DNA from: an uncultured Verrucomicrobiae bacterium
GTDB lineage: Bacteria > Verrucomicrobiota > Verrucomicrobiia > Chthoniobacterales > Chthoniobacteraceae
NCBI GenBank assembly: GCA_963836755.1
Contig: CAWIKF010000001.1
Span: 256,001-320,000, forward strand
Direction: 5' to 3'
DNA length: 64,000 bases
The notes beneath the pieces were generated by a model that had not been told where the DNA came from, made no database searches, and saw nothing but the letters and a program-made list of their open reading frames with translations. Shown one piece after another: positions 30,427 through 40,217 of the stretch (the first letter of the stretch is position 1; each line of letters begins with the position of its first letter). Position numbers and translations under genes: made by a program.

Positions 30427-31395
30427 TCACGCCCAGCTGACTGTCCCTTTCGCTTCGCGCAAAATAATGTTTTGTAAAAATTCCACGCCTTTGCGCAGCC
30501 CTTCATTCGGCGTCATCAGCGAATCCTCGTGCTCCATCGAAAGAACGCCGTCGTAGCCGCACATCCGCAGCGTGCTCACAAACTCGCACCAAAAATCCGC
30601 GGCGTGTCCGTAGCCGACGGTGCGGAAAATCCATGCACGATTTTTTTCATCGCGATACGGCTTTGTGTCGAGATAGCCGTCGAAATCGGCGTTGTGCTTG
30701 AAGAGCCCCGTGTCCTTCGCATGCACGTGATAGATCGCGCCCTCGAGCTTGCGCACGGCCTGATTCGGATCGATGCCCTGCCAGAAAAAATGGCTCGGGT
30801 CAAAGTTCGCGCCGAGCACGCTGCTCTCCGTCGCGTCACGCAAACGCAAAACTGTGGACGGATTGTAAACGAGAAAACCCGGATGCGCCTCGAGCGCAAT
30901 CTTGTTCACGCCATGGTCCTGCGCGAATTTCACCTGCTCCCGCCAATACGGAATCGCGATCTCATTCCACTGCCAGTCGAGGATTTTTGAAAAATCCGGC
31001 GGCCATGGACACGTGACCCAGTTTGGATATTTCGCGCCGACCTGATCGCCTGGGCAACCGGAAAAAGTTGTTACCACTTCGACGCCGATTTTCTCCGCCA
31101 GCCGCACCGTTTCCTGAAAAACTTCGTGATGCTCCCGCGCGAACTCTGCATCCGGGTGCAGCGGATTTCCGTGGCAGGAAAGTGAACTGATCTCCAGCCC
31201 GCGCGACTTCGCGGCGTCCACGAACTCGCGCAGCTTGCCCTCGTTTTGTAAAAGTTCCCGCGGCTTGCAATGCGCGTCGCCGGGATAAGCGCCCGTGCCG
31301 ATCTCCACGCAATCGCAGCCGAGCGCGGCAATGTGGTCGAGTGCCTTTTCAAGAGGGAGGTCGCTGAGAATCGCGGAGAAGACGCCGACTTTCAT
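30427..31395 (-). CDS. Sugar phosphate isomerase/epimerase (xylose-isomerase-like TIM barrel)
   Basis: LSCHGNPLHP, ALEAHPG, NFDPSH, HVHAKD and SMEHED. Confidence 0.88.
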   Translation of the reverse strand: MKVGVFSAILSDLPLEKALDHIAALGCDCVEIGTGAYPGDAHCKPRELLQNEGKLREFVDAAKSRGLEISSLSCHGNPLHPDAEFAREHHEVFQETVRLAEKIGVEVVTTFSGCPGDQVGAKYPNWVTCPWPPDFSKILDWQWNEIAIPYWREQVKFAQDHGVNKIALEAHPGFLVYNPSTVLRLRDATESSVLGANFDPSHFFWQGIDPNQAVRKLEGAIYHVHAKDTGLFKHNADFDGYLDTKPYRDEKNRAWIFRTVGYGHAADFWCEFVSTLRMCGYDGVLSMEHEDSLMTPNEGLRKGVEFLQNIILREAKGTVSWA

Positions 31396-31444
31396 AAAAA
31401 TTCGTTGGAAACCAAATCGCCCTTGCGGGCAAAATAGAATCCAC

Positions 31445-32017
31445 ATGCAGGACGATATTGAAAAGACACTTTTTCACGCCACGACGATCCTTTCCCGGCT
31501 CGATGAAATCGCGCGCACGATCACTGAGGATTATCGCGGCAGAGAATTGACGATCATCGCCGTCTTAAACGGAAGTTTAATGTTTGCTGCCGATCTGTTG
31601 CGCCGCATTCCTCTGCCGCTAAAACTCGAATGCCTCAGCGTCGCGAGCTACCATGGCGGCACGTCGAGTTCCGGCCACGTGACTTTTCACCAGCTTTCGT
31701 TGCCCGATATCGACGGCCGCCACGTCCTGATTCTCGACGACATTCTCGACAGCGGCCTCACGCTCAGCGCGATCTCGGAAAGACTGCAAACCTTGACAAA
31801 GCCGCTCAGCATCAAGATCTGCGTCCTTTTGCGAAAACTGAAAACACGCGCAACGCCGGTTGACGCCGATTATGTCGGCTTTGATATCGGCGACGAATTT
31901 GTCGTCGGCTACGGCCTCGATTATCAGGAGCGGTATCGCAATTTGCCATTCGTCGGCGTGCTGCGTCCGGGATTGATCGGCGCGCCGCCGCACGCTGTCA
32001 CGCCGGAGATTGTTTGA
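31445..32017 (+). CDS. hpt: Hypoxanthine phosphoribosyltransferase
   Basis: VLILDDILDSGLTL and FVVGYGLDYQERYRNLP. Confidence 0.95.
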   Translation: MQDDIEKTLFHATTILSRLDEIARTITEDYRGRELTIIAVLNGSLMFAADLLRRIPLPLKLECLSVASYHGGTSSSGHVTFHQLSLPDIDGRHVLILDDILDSGLTLSAISERLQTLTKPLSIKICVLLRKLKTRATPVDADYVGFDIGDEFVVGYGLDYQERYRNLPFVGVLRPGLIGAPPHAVTPEIV

Positions 32018-33212
32018 CGTTCGCGCGAGCGAAGAGCGATTCAAACTCACGCGTGATGCTAGCGACAATGCCGCCCGCGCGCAGCTCCGCGGGGAGCACA
32101 TCGAAAGTATAGGTTTCGATTTCCCAGTGCGGCGCGCGACCGTCGCGAATTTTTGCAAAAAATTCAGGCGTGAGCAGGGAGGAAGTCGAAGCGAGTGTTC
32201 CGTAATTTTCGCAAAAAATCGGGACATGAAAATGAACACGCGCCTCGTTTACTCCCGCAATCTTGGGCAGGTCGCGTAGTGCATCCGGAAGATCATCCCA
32301 AGAAGGCAAATCGTCCGAGAAGCCTCGCTGTGCCTTGGTTTGATGCAGATACACGGGTTCGCAAAATTCCGCCAGAGCACTCCAGCTCTGGGAGCTTCCG
32401 CGAGCGCGCAAAGCGGCGCTGAGTTGCACTTTCGAGATGCGAATATTCTCCGTAGCGAAGCGCCACAGCGACTCGAGGAAATCTTCAAATTGCAACGCCA
32501 CGTGACACGTATCGAAGCAGACACCGAGGTGGCGATGAAGCAAAGCGTCGGACTTTTCTTCAGTGACTTCCAACTCCGTCGTCAAAACCTCGCTGCAGCA
32601 TTTTCGCAACGGACCGTTAAAAAAATGGATGAATTCAGCAGTCGTCTCGAGATAACACGATGGCTCCGGTTCCAGTCCGAGATGGATTTCCTTTCCCGTC
32701 GCGCGCTCAATCTTCGCGAGATGCAGCACGCACTCCGCGAGCATTTGCGCCATCGCAAGGACGTCGAGGTCATCCTCGATCCATTTTTTGAACGAGCACG
32801 GCACTGTGCTGATGCTGCCGCTCACGCCATCCGGCAAAAGATCGGCGAGAATTTCCGCGAGCAAATTTGTGTAGTCGCGCCGCGCCGTCGTGCGCCAGTC
32901 GGGAGCGTAAACCTGCTCCTTCACACGACCCGCATGGAACTGCCCAAACGGAAATCCATTGATCGTGAAAACGTAGAGATTTTCCTGCTCAAGAAAATTT
33001 CTGAATTCCTCGCGAGCCTTCGCTGAAGCCAGTTCGCGGGCCGCGCATGCGCTCAATCGCAAGCCGATGGCAAATTGTTTCCGGGGATTCACGCGATCCC
33101 TCACAGCGGTTGCGTATGTGCGAATGGCGTCAAAGTTTTCCGCCCAACTTTCGCCACGATGGACGTTCAGGCAGTAGGTCAAATGGACCGGCGGATCGCT
33201 TTGAATGAGCAT
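31998..33212 (-). CDS. eboE: Metabolite traffic protein EboE
   Basis: LTYCLNVH.GE, TINGFPFG.FH..VKEQVYAPDW, LEPEP, RVHFHVP and EIETYT. Confidence 0.9.
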   Translation of the reverse strand: MLIQSDPPVHLTYCLNVHRGESWAENFDAIRTYATAVRDRVNPRKQFAIGLRLSACAARELASAKAREEFRNFLEQENLYVFTINGFPFGQFHAGRVKEQVYAPDWRTTARRDYTNLLAEILADLLPDGVSGSISTVPCSFKKWIEDDLDVLAMAQMLAECVLHLAKIERATGKEIHLGLEPEPSCYLETTAEFIHFFNGPLRKCCSEVLTTELEVTEEKSDALLHRHLGVCFDTCHVALQFEDFLESLWRFATENIRISKVQLSAALRARGSSQSWSALAEFCEPVYLHQTKAQRGFSDDLPSWDDLPDALRDLPKIAGVNEARVHFHVPIFCENYGTLASTSSLLTPEFFAKIRDGRAPHWEIETYTFDVLPAELRAGGIVASITREFESLFARANVKQSPA

Positions 33213-34351
33213 CAGGACGCAAGCGCTTTGATTTTGGCAAGCGCGCGGCGCATGACGTCAAAATCGATGTCGTGCACTTCGTGACGCGCACCAATCTCTT
33301 TGGGAAAAGTCACACAAAGCTCGCCGCCGAGATGTTCCTGAAATTCGCGAAGACCGTCAAAAATGTCCTCGCCTTCCAATTCTTTGTGCCACGCGGGAAA
33401 ACCCACTGCGCCAAGGCTCGCATGAAGTTCGCGGAAATCGATTTCGTTCATCCAGCCGCGCTCCATTGCGTAAGCGGAATCAAGCAGAATGCCCGCTGCG
33501 ACAGCATCGCCGTGCGAAATGGAAAAGTCCGACAACGCCTCGAGCTTATGCGCGGACCAATGGCCGAAATCGAGCGGACGCGCGTGCCCCATCTCAAACG
33601 GATCGCCGCCGGCCCGGATGTGCTCGAGATGCAATTCCGCGCAATGTCTGACGAGATGTCGCATGGAAGCTTCGTCGCGCGCGCGCAACTTTTTCGCGTG
33701 TTCATTGAGCCAGTCGAAAAAATCGCGGTCGCGAATGATCGCGACTTTGAACGCCTCGGCCACACCGCTCCGCCATTCGCGATCGTTCAATGTCAGCAAA
33801 AATTGAAAATCGTTGATGACGGCGAATGGCGGCGTGAATGTGCCAAGCGCGTTTTTCACGCCGCGAAAATTGATGCCGGTTTTGACGCCGACGCCGCCAT
33901 CATTTTGCGCGAGCACCGTTGTCGGAATGCGGATGATGCGCAGTCCGCGATGCACCAGCGATGCTGCGAAGCCGACGGCATCGAGGACCGCGCCACCACC
34001 GATGATCAGCACGAACGCGTGCCGATCGAGATGACAGTCCAGCATCTGCGCAGCCCAGTCGAAATTTCGGTTGAGATCATTTTTCGCAGATTCTCCGCCC
34101 ACCGCGACTTGGACGGGAGCCGCGAGTTTCATCGTCTCTGCCTGCGCGTGGAAATATTCTTCGATCTGCGTCAAAATCTTCGGCGCCGCTCGCCTCACAT
34201 TTTCATCCACGAAAGCCATCGCCCGATGCTGTCGGCCCTCGCGCAAACGATTCATCACTTCCACGAGCACGGGATTGTCCTGCGCGAAAATGTGGTCGGT
34301 AAAGACGACCGGAAACGCGAATGGAACGCTGATTTTTTGCTCGATCATCAT
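33212..34351 (-). CDS. eboD: 3-dehydroquinate synthase-like sugar-phosphate cyclase (EboD)
   Basis: GGGAVLDAVG, PTTVLAQND.GVGVK and ARPLDFGHWSAHKLE. Confidence 0.85.
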   Translation of the reverse strand: MMIEQKISVPFAFPVVFTDHIFAQDNPVLVEVMNRLREGRQHRAMAFVDENVRRAAPKILTQIEEYFHAQAETMKLAAPVQVAVGGESAKNDLNRNFDWAAQMLDCHLDRHAFVLIIGGGAVLDAVGFAASLVHRGLRIIRIPTTVLAQNDGGVGVKTGINFRGVKNALGTFTPPFAVINDFQFLLTLNDREWRSGVAEAFKVAIIRDRDFFDWLNEHAKKLRARDEASMRHLVRHCAELHLEHIRAGGDPFEMGHARPLDFGHWSAHKLEALSDFSISHGDAVAAGILLDSAYAMERGWMNEIDFRELHASLGAVGFPAWHKELEGEDIFDGLREFQEHLGGELCVTFPKEIGARHEVHDIDFDVMRRALAKIKALAS

Positions 34352-35616
34352 GCCTGTTTGTCGAGCCAGACGCGGGTCAATCGCGCGAGATCTAGCAGCG
34401 AATTTGGCTGTGCCGGAAATTGCAGCGAGGAGGTCCAGGCGACTGGCGCATCGGGACGCCCGTGCGAGCCGCGAATCCGCTTGGGATCAGCGCTCACAGA
34501 CGGCGGCGGCCACCCGAAAAATAATTCGCACGGGTCGTAGCCGGGCTTGTTGTGGATGTCCACGTGCGACGCGAAATCCGGCGCCTCGCGTCTGTCCTTC
34601 CACCACGGATATGCAAACCATGTGCCGCTCGACGCGATGAGCAGCAGATCGCCGCCGCGCGGATGCGCGACACCGCGCACGCGTTGCTCGTCGCGGTCGA
34701 GCACCGCCTCAATGCCGGGCAATTTGCTGAGGGCGGCTTTTGCATCCGCGGTGGCCTTTTCATCCGCGGTGAACACGTGGGCGACCTGATGATCGACCAT
34801 TGCGAAAGCCCGGCTGGAGAAAAAGTCCGCGTAGCTCATATGTTTAACGCATCGTTCGTTAAACAAACCCGCGCCGCGCAATCTTCGATTTGGGAAAATC
34901 GTTTCGCCCATCACCGGCTCAATCGCATAGTCGCCATAGAACAAAGTCTCGAAGCCGCTTCGCGCCGCTTCTGCCTTTAAGCGATCGACGTAACTGAGCA
35001 ATGTCTTCAACGCACGCTTCGCCTGCGGGCTCGCTGGTCCGTGCCGCTGCAAATCGTAGTCGAGATGCGGGATGTAGCTGAAAAGCAAATCGGGCGTATC
35101 AGCCATTCGCATCACGGCGCAAGTCGCTGCGACGATCCAGTCGCTCGATTTTCGTGAAGCGAGCGGTCCCCAATAATTCATGAGATTAAAAGGGCGGCCG
35201 ACCTCTTTCGTGAGCCGCGTATAAAGATCGTGCGGCTTCGCGTAGCAATCCTGAATCATTCCGCCGCCGTGCTTGTGAATCGGCGCCGGGGAGAGAAGCA
35301 GGTCGACATCTTCGCCGAGACTTTGCTGCCAAAACATCATGCCGACTCGCTTGCCGCCGTCGCGAAACTTTTTCCAAATGCGCTCGCCTTCCACAAGCGA
35401 CGAGGCCTGTTCCCAAAACAGCACCTTGCGCAGATCGCGAAAGAACAAACCGTTCGCGATCATGCCGTGAGCCTGCGGTTGTGAAGCCGTGCGGAACGAG
35501 GCCTGCGCGGTGCAGGTGACCGCTGGAAAAAACGGGGTCGCGCTCTGGAATCTGGGCAGGTCTTGCATCAGGTCCCACCCGAGTGCAGCGATTTGAACGA
35601 CGAGAAGTTTGGCCAC
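34348..35616 (-). CDS. eboF: Alkaline phosphatase / nucleotide pyrophosphatase family protein (EboF-like)
   Basis: FPAVTCTAQ, YIPHLDYDLQRHGP, VDIHNKPGYDPCELF and IRGSHG. GTG start at 35616 is inferred. Confidence 0.85.
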   Translation of the reverse strand: MAKLLVVQIAALGWDLMQDLPRFQSATPFFPAVTCTAQASFRTASQPQAHGMIANGLFFRDLRKVLFWEQASSLVEGERIWKKFRDGGKRVGMMFWQQSLGEDVDLLLSPAPIHKHGGGMIQDCYAKPHDLYTRLTKEVGRPFNLMNYWGPLASRKSSDWIVAATCAVMRMADTPDLLFSYIPHLDYDLQRHGPASPQAKRALKTLLSYVDRLKAEAARSGFETLFYGDYAIEPVMGETIFPNRRLRGAGLFNERCVKHMSYADFFSSRAFAMVDHQVAHVFTADEKATADAKAALSKLPGIEAVLDRDEQRVRGVAHPRGGDLLLIASSGTWFAYPWWKDRREAPDFASHVDIHNKPGYDPCELFFGWPPPSVSADPKRIRGSHGRPDAPVAWTSSLQFPAQPNSLLDLARLTRVWLDKQA

Positions 35617-35618
35617 AG

Positions 35619-36512
35619 TCAGCTTGCGTAAAAGCGCCTGCCAACTAAACGGCTGATCGGCCAGAGCGCAAGCAACACCAGCGCTGCGGCGAGGCTCGCG
35701 GGGGTGACGGTTTTCAGCGCCATGCACAGCGCTGCCTGCATCGGCAACAGCACGCGGATGAACGCGCCGATGAGTTGCGGTAAAGGCGCATTCGCATTGC
35801 GCAAGATCGCCACGGTAGGGGATGCGCCGGCAGCGATGGCGAGAAGATAAGAGGCGTAAAAAACGAAGTTCACTTCGTTGTTCTTATCGGAACAAAAGAC
35901 GACGCCGCCGGCGACGAGAGCGCACAGCGGAAGCAGTTTCATCGCGAGCGGCGTCGTTGATTTTGTTTCGAAGCCGGCAAGTTGTGTGACAGCTGCAACG
36001 TAAACGGTCATTAAACAGGCTGCGATGATCGCAATGCGAGAGACCGTTCCGGCGCAAGCGGCGCCGAGCAGCAGACTGAGGCCGCGACAAATCCCCATGT
36101 TCAGCACGCCGATCAGCGGAACATTTTTCAAAACGAAGTTGTAAAAGACAATTGCCGCGAGCAGCAGCGCGCCGAAAAGTAGAGCCGTCAGACTTGTGGC
36201 TGCGCACATTCCCAACCCGCAAAATGAAAGCGCAATCGCGACACACCACGCCGACCGAATCGTCGCTAAACCGTTTGGCAGTGGGCGTTCCGGGCGTTCT
36301 CGCTGATCTTCTTCAAGGTCGGCGATATCATTTAACAAGAGCCCAGCAGAGTAAAAACAGAGGGTCGCCGCCATCGCCGAAATCACGCCGCCGCTCAACG
36401 TGCCGCGGGTCGCGAGAAAAAACCCGGCCAGCGGATCACCCGGAACAGTGAAAAGATTTGGTGCTCGAAAAAGTTGCAGCCAAACGTTAAGCCGCGACGC
36501 ATTTTTCCTCAA
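35619..36512 (-). CDS. eboC: UbiA family prenyltransferase (EboC-like)
   Basis: RAPNLFTVPGD, LLNDIADLEEDQRERPERPLP and MGICRGL. Confidence 0.85.
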   Translation of the reverse strand: MRKNASRLNVWLQLFRAPNLFTVPGDPLAGFFLATRGTLSGGVISAMAATLCFYSAGLLLNDIADLEEDQRERPERPLPNGLATIRSAWCVAIALSFCGLGMCAATSLTALLFGALLLAAIVFYNFVLKNVPLIGVLNMGICRGLSLLLGAACAGTVSRIAIIAACLMTVYVAAVTQLAGFETKSTTPLAMKLLPLCALVAGGVVFCSDKNNEVNFVFYASYLLAIAAGASPTVAILRNANAPLPQLIGAFIRVLLPMQAALCMALKTVTPASLAAALVLLALWPISRLVGRRFYAS

Positions 36513-36524
36513 GTTGCCGCCTCG

Positions 36525-37205
36525 CTAAACGTCGCGCCGCGTGATGATTTCAAACGTTTGCTTGAATTTCACGATGCTGTTTTCGGGCGCCACCCCGCGC
36601 CATTGCGTGCCGGGATAGACGATGCAATTGCGCCCGATGATCGAGCCAGGGCTGAGCACGGAATTGCAACCGATCTCCGCCTTGTCGCCAATGATTGCGC
36701 CAAATTTTCGAAGGCCAGTCGGCACAAATCCCTGCTTCGTCATCACGGTCACTTCGCCGCGATCGAGTTTCACGTTCGACAAAATCACGCCTGCGCCCAG
36801 GTGGCCCTTGTAGCCGATGATCGAGTCGCCCACGTAGCTGAAATGAGGAATCTCCGCGTCATCGAAGATGACGCAGTTTTTAAATTCGCACGAGTTTCCC
36901 AGCACCACGCCGTTGCCGACGATGACGTTTTCGCGAATGTAACAACCGTTGCGAATCTCGCAGCCGTCTCCGATCCACGCGGGACCTTTGATCATCGCGC
37001 CCTGCTCGATCGTCGTGTTTTTGCCGACAAAAACGGCGCCGCTGATGAACGGTTTTCCGATCAATCGGCCCTGCACCGCGGGTTTCAGTCGGAATTGCAG
37101 ATAACTCGGGATTTGCGGAAGCGCCTCCCATGCATTCGCCACATTCTCGAAAAGTTTGCGGTGATCGGTGTGATCGAGATCGAGAAATTTGTTGGGTGAG
37201 AACAT
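36525..37205 (-). CDS. Hexapeptide-repeat (GlmU C-terminal-like) acyltransferase
   Basis: Left-handed beta-helix repeats, HFSYVGDSIIG and TGLRKFGAIIGD. Confidence 0.85.
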   Translation of the reverse strand: MFSPNKFLDLDHTDHRKLFENVANAWEALPQIPSYLQFRLKPAVQGRLIGKPFISGAVFVGKNTTIEQGAMIKGPAWIGDGCEIRNGCYIRENVIVGNGVVLGNSCEFKNCVIFDDAEIPHFSYVGDSIIGYKGHLGAGVILSNVKLDRGEVTVMTKQGFVPTGLRKFGAIIGDKAEIGCNSVLSPGSIIGRNCIVYPGTQWRGVAPENSIVKFKQTFEIITRRDV

Positions 37206-37246
37206 CGTTTAAAAGTTTGAAACACGCGTCGGACTTGTCGAGCACT

Positions 37247-38647
37247 TCATGCGGCGCGGGCAGTGAGTCTTTGGCCCTCTTTTTCATCCTTCACGATCCA
37301 GCCGAGGGCGAAGATTTCATCGCGCAGCTCATCACTTTTTTTCCAATCTTTCGCCATGCGCGCGGCTTTGCGTTGTTCGACAAGCGCGAGAACTTCTGCG
37401 GGAATTTCTGTGTCTTCAGGCGCGAGCATCAGCACGGCATCAATGTTTTCCCAAGCCTCGAGGAGCGCTTGCGCTTCAGATGGCGACAAGTTCATTTCGT
37501 CCATCGCGCGATTGGAATCGCGGATGAGATTGAAGACGTGGCCGAGCGCGCCCGAAATGTTTAAATCATCGTCGAGCGCATTTTGGAATTCCGCGAGCGC
37601 CGCGTTCGAACTCGCCGACTTCGCGTCTGCATTTTGCGCGAGCTTTGACAATCGCGCAGTCCATTCGTCAATCCGCATCAGCGCACTTCGTGCCGCGCCT
37701 AATCCATCGAAAGTGAAATTCAGCGGTAAGCGATAATTGACGGAGATCAAGGCGTAACGGACTTCTCGACCGGTCCAGCCCTTGGCGAGCAGATCGCGCA
37801 GCGTGTAAAAGTTGCCGAACGATTTCGACATCTTTCGTCCCTCGACCATCAGGTGTGCGCAATGAAGCCAATACCTCACAAATTTAACTCCTGTGCAACA
37901 CTCTGATTGTGCAATCTCGGCTTCGTGGTGTGGAAAAATGTTGTCCACTCCTCCGCAATGGATGTCGAGTTCCGGGCCCAGCAGAGCCGTCGCCATCGCG
38001 CTGCACTCGATGTGCCAGCCTGGCCGTCCGCGGCCCCACGGCGCATCCCATCCGACCTCGCCATCGGCTTCAGTCCACGCTTTCCAAAGCGCGAAATCGC
38101 CGATGTTTTCCTTCTCATAATCATCGCTGCTGACTCGACCCGTCGGGCGCATTTCTTCAAGGTTGAGATGCGCAAGTCTTCCGTAATCAGGAAATTTGCT
38201 GAGGCGAAAATAGACCGACTTGTCTTCGGCCTGATACGCGACGCCGGCATCGAGAAGTGTTGCGATCATTTCAATCATTCTCGCGATGTAGCGCGGCTCC
38301 GTCGCGGCCGGGAAAGCTGATGGCGGCTTGATTCGCAGGGTTTTCAGGTCCTCAAAAAACGCATCTTTGTAACGCTGCGTGAATTCGGCCAGCGGCAGAT
38401 TTGCATCCCGGCTGCCGCGGATTGTCTTGTCGTCTACATCGGTCAAATTCATCACCCGTTCGACCTTGAACCCGCGCGATTCCAGATGCCTTTGCAGAAG
38501 ATCTTCGAAGATGTAAGCGCGAAAATTTCCAATGTGCGCAAAGTTATAAACTGTCGGGCCGCACGTATAAAGTTTGACGAGCGGCGGAGCGAGCGGCTCG
38601 AAAACTTCCAGCTCGCGGGAATAAGTGTTGAACAGGCGGAGCGGCAT
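37247..38647 (-). CDS. cysS: Cysteine--tRNA ligase
   Basis: CGPTVY, HIGN, GRPGWHIECSAM and KMSKS. Confidence 0.98.
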   Translation of the reverse strand: MPLRLFNTYSRELEVFEPLAPPLVKLYTCGPTVYNFAHIGNFRAYIFEDLLQRHLESRGFKVERVMNLTDVDDKTIRGSRDANLPLAEFTQRYKDAFFEDLKTLRIKPPSAFPAATEPRYIARMIEMIATLLDAGVAYQAEDKSVYFRLSKFPDYGRLAHLNLEEMRPTGRVSSDDYEKENIGDFALWKAWTEADGEVGWDAPWGRGRPGWHIECSAMATALLGPELDIHCGGVDNIFPHHEAEIAQSECCTGVKFVRYWLHCAHLMVEGRKMSKSFGNFYTLRDLLAKGWTGREVRYALISVNYRLPLNFTFDGLGAARSALMRIDEWTARLSKLAQNADAKSASSNAALAEFQNALDDDLNISGALGHVFNLIRDSNRAMDEMNLSPSEAQALLEAWENIDAVLMLAPEDTEIPAEVLALVEQRKAARMAKDWKKSDELRDEIFALGWIVKDEKEGQRLTARAA

Positions 38648-39160
38648 TTAAACGAGGACGGCCGGTGGCGCGGTGCGATCGGCATCCATTCGCTCGACAC
38701 TTGCGACGGCCATCGCTGCCATTCCTTCGCCGCGACCGATGAAGCCGAGCAGCTCGTTGGTCGTAGCCTTGATGCCAACACGATCTGCGGGCAATTGCAG
38801 AACGCCGGCAATCTTTTCGCGCATCGCTGGAATGTGCGGTCCTATTTTCGGCGCCTCAGCGAGGAGCGTGGCGTCAATGTTTACAACGCGCGCATTTTTA
38901 TTTCCTAAAATCAACGAGACCCGCTGCAAAATTTCGATGCTGCTGATGCCGCGGATCGACTCGTCACTGTTCGGAAAATGATGGCCGATGTCTTGTTCGC
39001 CGACTGCGCCAAGCAACGCATCGGCGATCGCGTGCAGCAGCACATCCGCGTCCGAATGCCCGTCCAGCCCGAGCGTGTGGGAGATCTCTATGCCGCCGAG
39101 AATCAGCTTCCTGCCTTGCACAAGCCGATGAACGTCGTAACCGATGCCGACCAAACTCAT
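38648..39160 (-). CDS. ispF: 2-C-methyl-D-erythritol 2,4-cyclodiphosphate synthase
   Basis: GIGYDVH, GHSDADVLLH and KATTNE. Confidence 0.97.
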   Translation of the reverse strand: MSLVGIGYDVHRLVQGRKLILGGIEISHTLGLDGHSDADVLLHAIADALLGAVGEQDIGHHFPNSDESIRGISSIEILQRVSLILGNKNARVVNIDATLLAEAPKIGPHIPAMREKIAGVLQLPADRVGIKATTNELLGFIGRGEGMAAMAVASVERMDADRTAPPAVLV

Positions 39161-39163
39161 GCT

Positions 39164-39910
39164 TTAGATTCCAAGATCGATGCGGCCGTTCGATGCGACC
39201 ACAGACAATTTTCCCGGAGCGTCGGTGCGCTCCTGGACATTGATTCTTCCGCCAGCGTTCTGGACTAAAAGTTTTCCCGCTGCGATGTCCCACAAGCTCA
39301 CCGATTGTTCGATGTAAGCGTCGAGTCGACCGCAAGCCACATAGGCGAGATCGAGCGCGGCGCTGCCCATCAACCGGCATTTGCGTGCCCTGTATACCAT
39401 TTGTTCAAACAACGGAAGACCGCTATCGATCGTGGTTTTTGTTTTGGAAAATCCGACCGAGAGCACCGCTTCGGAAAGTTGCGTGCGCTCGCTCACGTTG
39501 ATGACGGCACCATTGAGTTCAGAAGATTTCCCGAGCCGCGTCTGCCAGAGCTCGTCGCGAATCGGATCGTAAATCACGCCGACTTCGATTTCGCCGCGCA
39601 CACGCAGCGCGATCGAGATGCAGAAATGCGGAATCCCGTAAAAAAAATTCACCGTTCCATCGATCGGATCGATGATCCATTGCGAGTCGCTTTCCTGGTT
39701 ACCGGCAATGCCTTCCTCGCCAAAAATTGCGTGCTCGGGAAACGCATCGAGGATGATTTTCGTGATCAAACTCTGCGAGCGCACATCGAGCTCAAGCTTA
39801 ATGTCATGGGCTTCGATCGCATTGACCTCAAGCGTCGCGCCAAAATTTTCGCGCAGCAATTCGCCGGTGGCGCGAGCGGCGTGAACGGCGATTTCGAGAG
39901 GATCAGTCAT
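39164..39910 (-). CDS. suhB: Inositol monophosphatase family protein
   Basis: GEE, WIIDPIDGTVNF, GSAALDL and WDIAAG. Confidence 0.92.
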   Translation of the reverse strand: MTDPLEIAVHAARATGELLRENFGATLEVNAIEAHDIKLELDVRSQSLITKIILDAFPEHAIFGEEGIAGNQESDSQWIIDPIDGTVNFFYGIPHFCISIALRVRGEIEVGVIYDPIRDELWQTRLGKSSELNGAVINVSERTQLSEAVLSVGFSKTKTTIDSGLPLFEQMVYRARKCRLMGSAALDLAYVACGRLDAYIEQSVSLWDIAAGKLLVQNAGGRINVQERTDAPGKLSVVASNGRIDLGI

Positions 39911-39935
39911 GCGTGAAAGAGGAGGTGCGGATGTT

Positions 39936-39977
39936 GACAAAGAAAATGGGAGGAGAAAACAAATTCTCCTCCCATTC
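39936..39977 (-). terminator. Rho-independent terminator downstream of the small basic gene
   Basis: 13-bp stem aatgggaggagaa/ttctcctcccatt followed on the minus strand by a T-rich tract. Confidence 0.75.
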
Positions 39978-40001
39978 GGTTAAACTGATTTTGAAATCAG
40001 G

Positions 40002-40121
40002 TTATTTTTTCTTCGCGGTTTTTTTGGCGGCCGGCTTTTTAGCGGCTGCTTTTTTGGCGGCCGGTTTCTTCGCAGCCATTTTCTTGGCCGGGGCTTTTTT
40101 TACTACTTTCTTAGTGGGCAT
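40002..40121 (-). CDS. 39-aa Lys/Ala/Pro-rich histone-H1-like basic microprotein
   Basis: MPTKKVVKKAPAKKMAAKKPAAKKAAAKKPAAKKTAKKK*, with an upstream SD-like gaaagggg and a downstream terminator. It is below the ORF-track length cut-off. Confidence 0.8.
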   Translation of the reverse strand: MPTKKVVKKAPAKKMAAKKPAAKKAAAKKPAAKKTAKKK

Positions 40122-40217
40122 CGACAATCCCCCCTTTCAATCCGCGAGTTGCGGTGGTTGTGAAATTCACGATCAACATTGATCTGAGGTTGTAAGTAAG
40201 AGACGCAGTTTTTTCCG

